Below are positions 7,952 to 12,134 of a stretch of DNA of 12,134 bases, piece after piece. Origin of the DNA: Octopus sinensis (Eukaryota); contig NW_021826692.1 in NCBI RefSeq assembly GCF_006345805.1, positions 1 to 12,134 of the forward strand, in the 5' to 3' direction. A program made the translations under genes and the position numbers. The stretch's first letter is position 1; each line of letters starts with the position of its first letter. Under the pieces are notes generated by a model that made no database searches, was not told the DNA's origin, and saw nothing but the letters and a program-made list of their open reading frames with translations.

Positions 7952-8133
7952 TAATAATAACAATAACAACAACTGATAATAATAATCGTTTAATGGCGCA
8001 AGTGAACCTTGAAATATGATATAGTAACTGTTAGTCTTATTTTAAAAGTGCATTTTAAAATTTGTAAACAAAACGTGGAGTATGTTATATTACGTTCTTA
8101 AAACAGCGGATATAATTTACATGAGCAGAGAGA

Positions 8134-8168
8134 GGGGGGAGAGGGAGAGGGGGAGGGGGAGGGGGGGG
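8134..8168 (+). other. G-run tract with G-quadruplex potential
   Basis: Five runs of 3-8 G separated by 1-3 nt. Confidence 0.6.
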
Positions 8169-8412
8169 AGAAAGGATGTGAGAATACGAGAGAGAAAAAA
8201 GGAAAGGAAGGGAGAGACACGGTTCTTAAGAAACCGCTGTCACGTGATCGTGGAATTCATTCCACGTTTTTTTACAGTTTGTCGCCGCCGCCATCGTCAA
8301 TTGGAATTATTTTGAAGTTGTCGCCTTAGTTTCTTTTTCAACAAAGAGAAATGGAGGAGCAGCAACACGCTAAACATTCGCAGCGGCGGGGGGCGGGGGG
8401 ACACCAGCACTT

Positions 8413-8414
<2 letters not shown>

Positions 8415-8473
<59 letters not shown>

Positions 8474-8635
8474 TATACAGGCATACATAAACACACATAC
8501 ACATACACACGCACATACACACACATACACACATACGCATTCACAAACACCTACTTCGTCACTCACACGGGCATACACACTAACAGATTTACACGGAAAG
8601 GTCCACACACCCTTTACATATATATATATATATAT
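8415..8635. repeat. (CA)n, degenerate CA and (TA)n microsatellites
   Basis: Direct reading. Confidence 0.93.
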
Positions 8636-8677
8636 GCCGCAATAGCCACTCCCCAAACTAGACATCAAAGCATTGTT

Positions 8678-8863
8678 GGGCGGCAAGCTGGCAGAATCGT
8701 TAGCACGTCGGACAAAATGCCTGGCAACACTTCGTCCGTCATTACGTTCTGAGTTCAAATTCAACCAACGCTGACTTTGCATTTCATCCTTTCGAGATCG
8801 ATATAATCGACTTACACATACCAGAGAAATTGCTGGCCTTGTACCAAAATGTGAAACTAATAT
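8678..8863 (+). mobile_element. SINE family 1 copy, tail C, ~35-nt internal deletion, flanked by a TSD-like repeat
   Basis: GGCGGCAAGCTGGCAGAATCGTTAGC head; flanks ATCAAAGCATTGT (8664-8676) and ATCAAAACATTGT (8862-8874). Confidence 0.9.
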
Positions 8864-8876
8864 CAAAACATTGTAC

Positions 8877-9095
8877 GGCAGGGAGCTGGCAGAATCGTTA
8901 GCATGCCGGTCAAAATGCTTGATGGCATTTCGTCCGTCTTTATGTTTTGAGGCCAAATCCCGCCGAGGTCGACTTTGTCTTTCATGCTTGCTGTGTCTAT
9001 GAAATAAGTACCAGTTGAACACTGGGGTCGATGTAATCGACTTGTCCCAACCCCAGAAATTACTGGCCTTGTGCCAAGAATTTGAAATCACTATT
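8877..9095 (+). mobile_element. SINE family 1 full-length copy, tail C
   Basis: GGCAGGGAGCTGGCAGAATCGTTAGC...TGGCCTTGTGCCAAGAATTTGAAATCACTATT. Confidence 0.9.
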
Positions 9096-9113
9096 TAAGC
9101 CTAATTACAATAC

Positions 9114-9345
9114 CTATTTCTTTACTACACACAAAGGGCTAAACAGAGAGGGGAGAAACAAGGACAGACAATGGGATTAAGTCGATTATATCGACCCCAA
9201 TGCGTAACTGGTACTTAATTTATCGACCCCGAAAAGATGAAAGGCAAAGTCGACCTCGGCGGAATTTGAACTCAGAACGTAACGGCAGACGAAATACGGC
9301 TACGCATTTCGTCCGGTGTGCTAACGATTCTGCCAGCTCGCCGCC
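9114..9345 (-). mobile_element. SINE family 1 full-length copy, tail A, with target-site duplication
   Basis: Reverse complement of the 754-989 monomer type; GCCTAATTAC(A/G)ATAC repeated at 9099-9113 and 9343-9357. Confidence 0.93.
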
Positions 9346-9480
9346 TAATTACGATACTTATGAAGAAAACCAAAACACCAAAATAAGCGACCCCCGCAGA
9401 CAATGATTCCAGAAGCACTTTCCATTTTGGAAGAATGAAGGCCAACCCAGAATTACGGGACCGAAAGATAAGAAATTCAC

Positions 9481-9609
9481 ATTCGGGGTTCAGTCCCACT
9501 GCGTGGCACCTTCGGCGAGTGTCTTCTACTATAGGCCCGGGCCGACCAAATCTTTGTGAGAGAATTTGGTTGATGGAAATTGAAAGAAGCCCGTCGTATA
9601 TATGCGTGT

Positions 9610-9640
<31 letters not shown>

Positions 9641-9880
9641 GTATGTATTGATGTGTGTGTGTCTTTGTGTCTGTGCTGGACCCCCCCTCATCATCGCTTG
9701 ACAATCGGTGTTGGTGTGTTTAGTCCCCGTAAATTAGCGGTTCGGCAAAAGTGATCGATAGCATAAATACCAGGCTTTAAAATAAGCCCTGGGGTGGATT
9801 AGTTCGACTAAAACCCTTCCAGTCAGTGCTCCAGCATTGCTGCAGTCGACTGCCTGAAACAAGTAAAAGAATAAAAGAAT
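9481..9880 (+). mobile_element. SINE family 2, tRNA-derived, internal (TA)/(TG) microsatellite, 5'-truncated
   Basis: B-box GGTTCAGTCCC at 9487-9497, internal TG tract ~9597-9675, tail GAAACAAGTAAAAGAATAAAAGAAT; homologous to 3936-4150 and 2046-2132. Confidence 0.88.
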
Positions 9881-10258
9881 CGAGCAAAAAATATTTGCAT
9901 TCCCATCAGCAGCTGTCAAACGGATATCATCATAGTTTTGACACCTGAGATGTACCCTTCAATTCGGCGGTGTCCACAGTGTTAAAATTATAAACGCTGC
10001 CCGGGAATTCACCAGCTTATTATTACAAGTAACAAAAGAGTAAAGAAATAGTGGTAAGTTATAGCTACAAAATAGTATCTATAACAAAGAACTTATTCCA
10101 AAAATGACATTCAGCCTGTACTACAAGCATAGACTGCTAAATACTTTGTTTCTCAATCAACGTCACATCACGAATATGATATCACACCTAATAACGACTA
10201 GTGGAATAGTACGTCTCGTAAACAACGTCCTTGAAACACGTGTGAGTGAAAGAAAAGT

Positions 10259-10274
10259 AGAGAGAGAGAGAGAG
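10259..10274. repeat. (AG)8 tract at the LINE 3' junction
   Basis: Direct reading. Confidence 0.9.
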
Positions 10275-12134
10275 TATTTCTTTATTCACCATAAGGTTGA
10301 GAAAAAGAGGGGACAATACGGGGACAGACAAAACAAACTTTGGGGTCAGGGTTTCGAATGAGACGAAACGTATGAATAAACAAACAATTAAAATATATAC
10401 AATTAAATGAGAATGAGTGATTAACAAAAAATGAAGCGGAGGATGCGGTTGACCCCACAAACCACATAGTCACACTGAAGACTTTGCTTTCTCCTTTTCT
10501 ACATTCCCGATGAAACAGGTTCTTTCACTCGCAACATACTTGCTATATACTTCCATCTTTTACGAAACACACTTTGCGACAGGCATTTCTTCTCCAGCCT
10601 TATTTTCCGTTTCATGTGGAAAACGTTAAAGTCGATTAGCTCGAGACTGGAGATAAACATGCCTGTTGCAATTCCTTTCACTCTCGTCTTCCATACTACT
10701 TCTTTCGCCAAAGCAACTACCGAGAGAAAACAGGCTCGCTCCTCCCTATTCAGGGAGGTCGGCGGAACGATCTTAATCACAGATTCGCTCGACAGTTGTA
10801 CTCTTCTCGAATGCGACAGCAGGTGTTCTACATAAGCCCAGAGTTCAGTCATCTTGGGGCATTGCACAATCGCGTGCAGGACAGTTTCACTGTCCCTCTC
10901 ACATCTTGCACAAACCGGCGAAGGTTCATACCCATGTCTAAAGAACTTATCTCGAACCGGTAAAGCTCCTCTGTAACATTGCCAGGCCAGGGACTTTTGA
11001 TAATCATCCATAGGCCCCGGACCGAATGTTCTTTGGAACAGGCTGGCCAGTTGATCTTTGTCGAACCTAGGGTTTCTCCCAGGACGTCGTCACACTTAAA
11101 CTCTACTAACCCTCTATAGAAGAACGAGGTAGTACCCCCGCCACCGGCGTTGCCCGACTGGGAGAGGGGCACGAGTGTCTGATGGCACTCTACATTCCAC
11201 ACGCCCAACCTCGATCTACACTTGATCCATGGGTTCAGTTTGGTAAAGTGTGTGAACTGTGGAAATAACAGCTTGACGAACAGAGACCAAACCTGCTCAC
11301 CGTCCAGGTAAAGCCAGAGGTGCTAAGCCTGAGCGTATGTCTGCGCATTTTTAGCCACGGCATCCCTAACCCACCCTTCAGCGGCTTTTGGCAGCAAATA
11401 AGCGCTTTAAAAGAGGTCTGCTGCCCCCCACCAAAAAAAAAAAGCGAAAGAGCATGCGTTCCAGCTTGTTCAGCCACGAATCGGGGCAAGGCACGATGGT
11501 CAGGCTGTAAGTGATTACAGAGGCGATAAACACCTCTGCAACCTCCGCTCTCCCTTTCAAGGACAGCTTCCGCTCAGACCAGGTCTGAGTTTTGGAGAGC
11601 CACCTTTCTCGCCACCTCGCTCCAATTCTTCTCTATCTGGAGATCTGGGCCTAACCAGATTCCAAGCATTTTCACCGGCCCTTCCGTCCAACGTCCTACG
11701 ACGCTGTCGGAAGACATCGACTTGCCCCTCCAGGTGCCGAGTTGCAAGCCGACCGATTTATCCCGGTTGACTTTCGCTCCTGCCACCGCTTCGTAATCCC
11801 TTAAGGCCTCATCCACCCACTGTAGGTGCTCGACTCGGGATACGATGACGGTGATGTCGTCCGCATACGCTGAAGCTGACTTTCTGCACCATAGATCTTG
11901 CGGAGTGCCCCTCATAGTTTCCAACCTCCTCAGCAATGGCTCGAGGGCCAAAACGTAGAGAACCGGGGAGAGAGGACACCGTTGACGTACCGAACGTTCA
12001 ACACGGAACGGCTCCGAAAAAAAAAAGTTCACCCGGACTACCGATTCGATGTTGCTGTATAAAGCGTTGATCCATCCGCGGAAGGTCTGGCCGAAACCAG
12101 CCGCCGCGAGGACCGCCGCCAGATACTGATGGTC
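10275..12134 (-). mobile_element. L1/Tx1-clade non-LTR retrotransposon, 3' portion (continues beyond the window)
   Basis: DHQYL..GFG..F..WI..LY at the window edge; RSVRQRCPLSPVLYVLALEPL; AYADDITV; GAKVNRDKS; KGGLGMP; CARC....ETVLHAIVQC zinc knuckle; stop at 10499-10501, ~220-nt 3' UTR, AATAAA (minus, 10281-10286), then (TC)n. Tx1 rather than canonical L1 is inferred from motif style. Confidence 0.9.
10499..12134 (-). pseudogene. Frameshifted ORF2 (reverse transcriptase plus C-terminal zinc-binding domain)
   Basis: Split across ORFs 11574-12032, 11378-11560, 11235-11489, 10849-11208 and 10499-11011. Confidence 0.9.

Larger units (their letters stand above)
7519..7985. repeat. (AAT)n tracts (7519-7566, 7789-7847, 7910-7985) interrupted by two insertions
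   Basis: Direct reading. Confidence 0.95.

Noticed and set aside
9881-10258. Host exon or regulatory element (ATTTGCAT octamer, CAGCTGTCAA)
   Set aside because: Isolated short motifs expected by chance; no convincing ORF or paired splice sites.

Overview
Eukaryotic, repeat-saturated non-genic DNA with no supportable host exon. Organism is probably a coleoid cephalopod (Octopus-like); this is inferred from recalled SINE families and microsatellite load, not verified. Contents: about 11 copies or fragments of a tRNA-derived SINE (family 1), 3 of a second SINE with an internal microsatellite (family 2), two mariner remnants, a decayed R4/Dong-clade RLE LINE (+, 5582-7520), a decayed L1/Tx1-clade LINE (-, 10275 to window edge), a fold-back-rich non-coding element inside (TA)n, and many microsatellites that explain most ORF-track entries. 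Best leads: (1) one SINE tail variant matches the 3' terminus of the Tx1-like LINE in the same window, suggesting a SINE-LINE partnership; (2) family-1 SINEs of different tail types are stacked head-to-tail, separated by a recurring ~15-20 bp target-like direct repeat, at two independent loci; (3) the SINE tail types keep a CTTGT-loop hairpin although the stems differ; (4) two near-perfect fold-backs and partial hammerhead-like motifs at 4200-4799.
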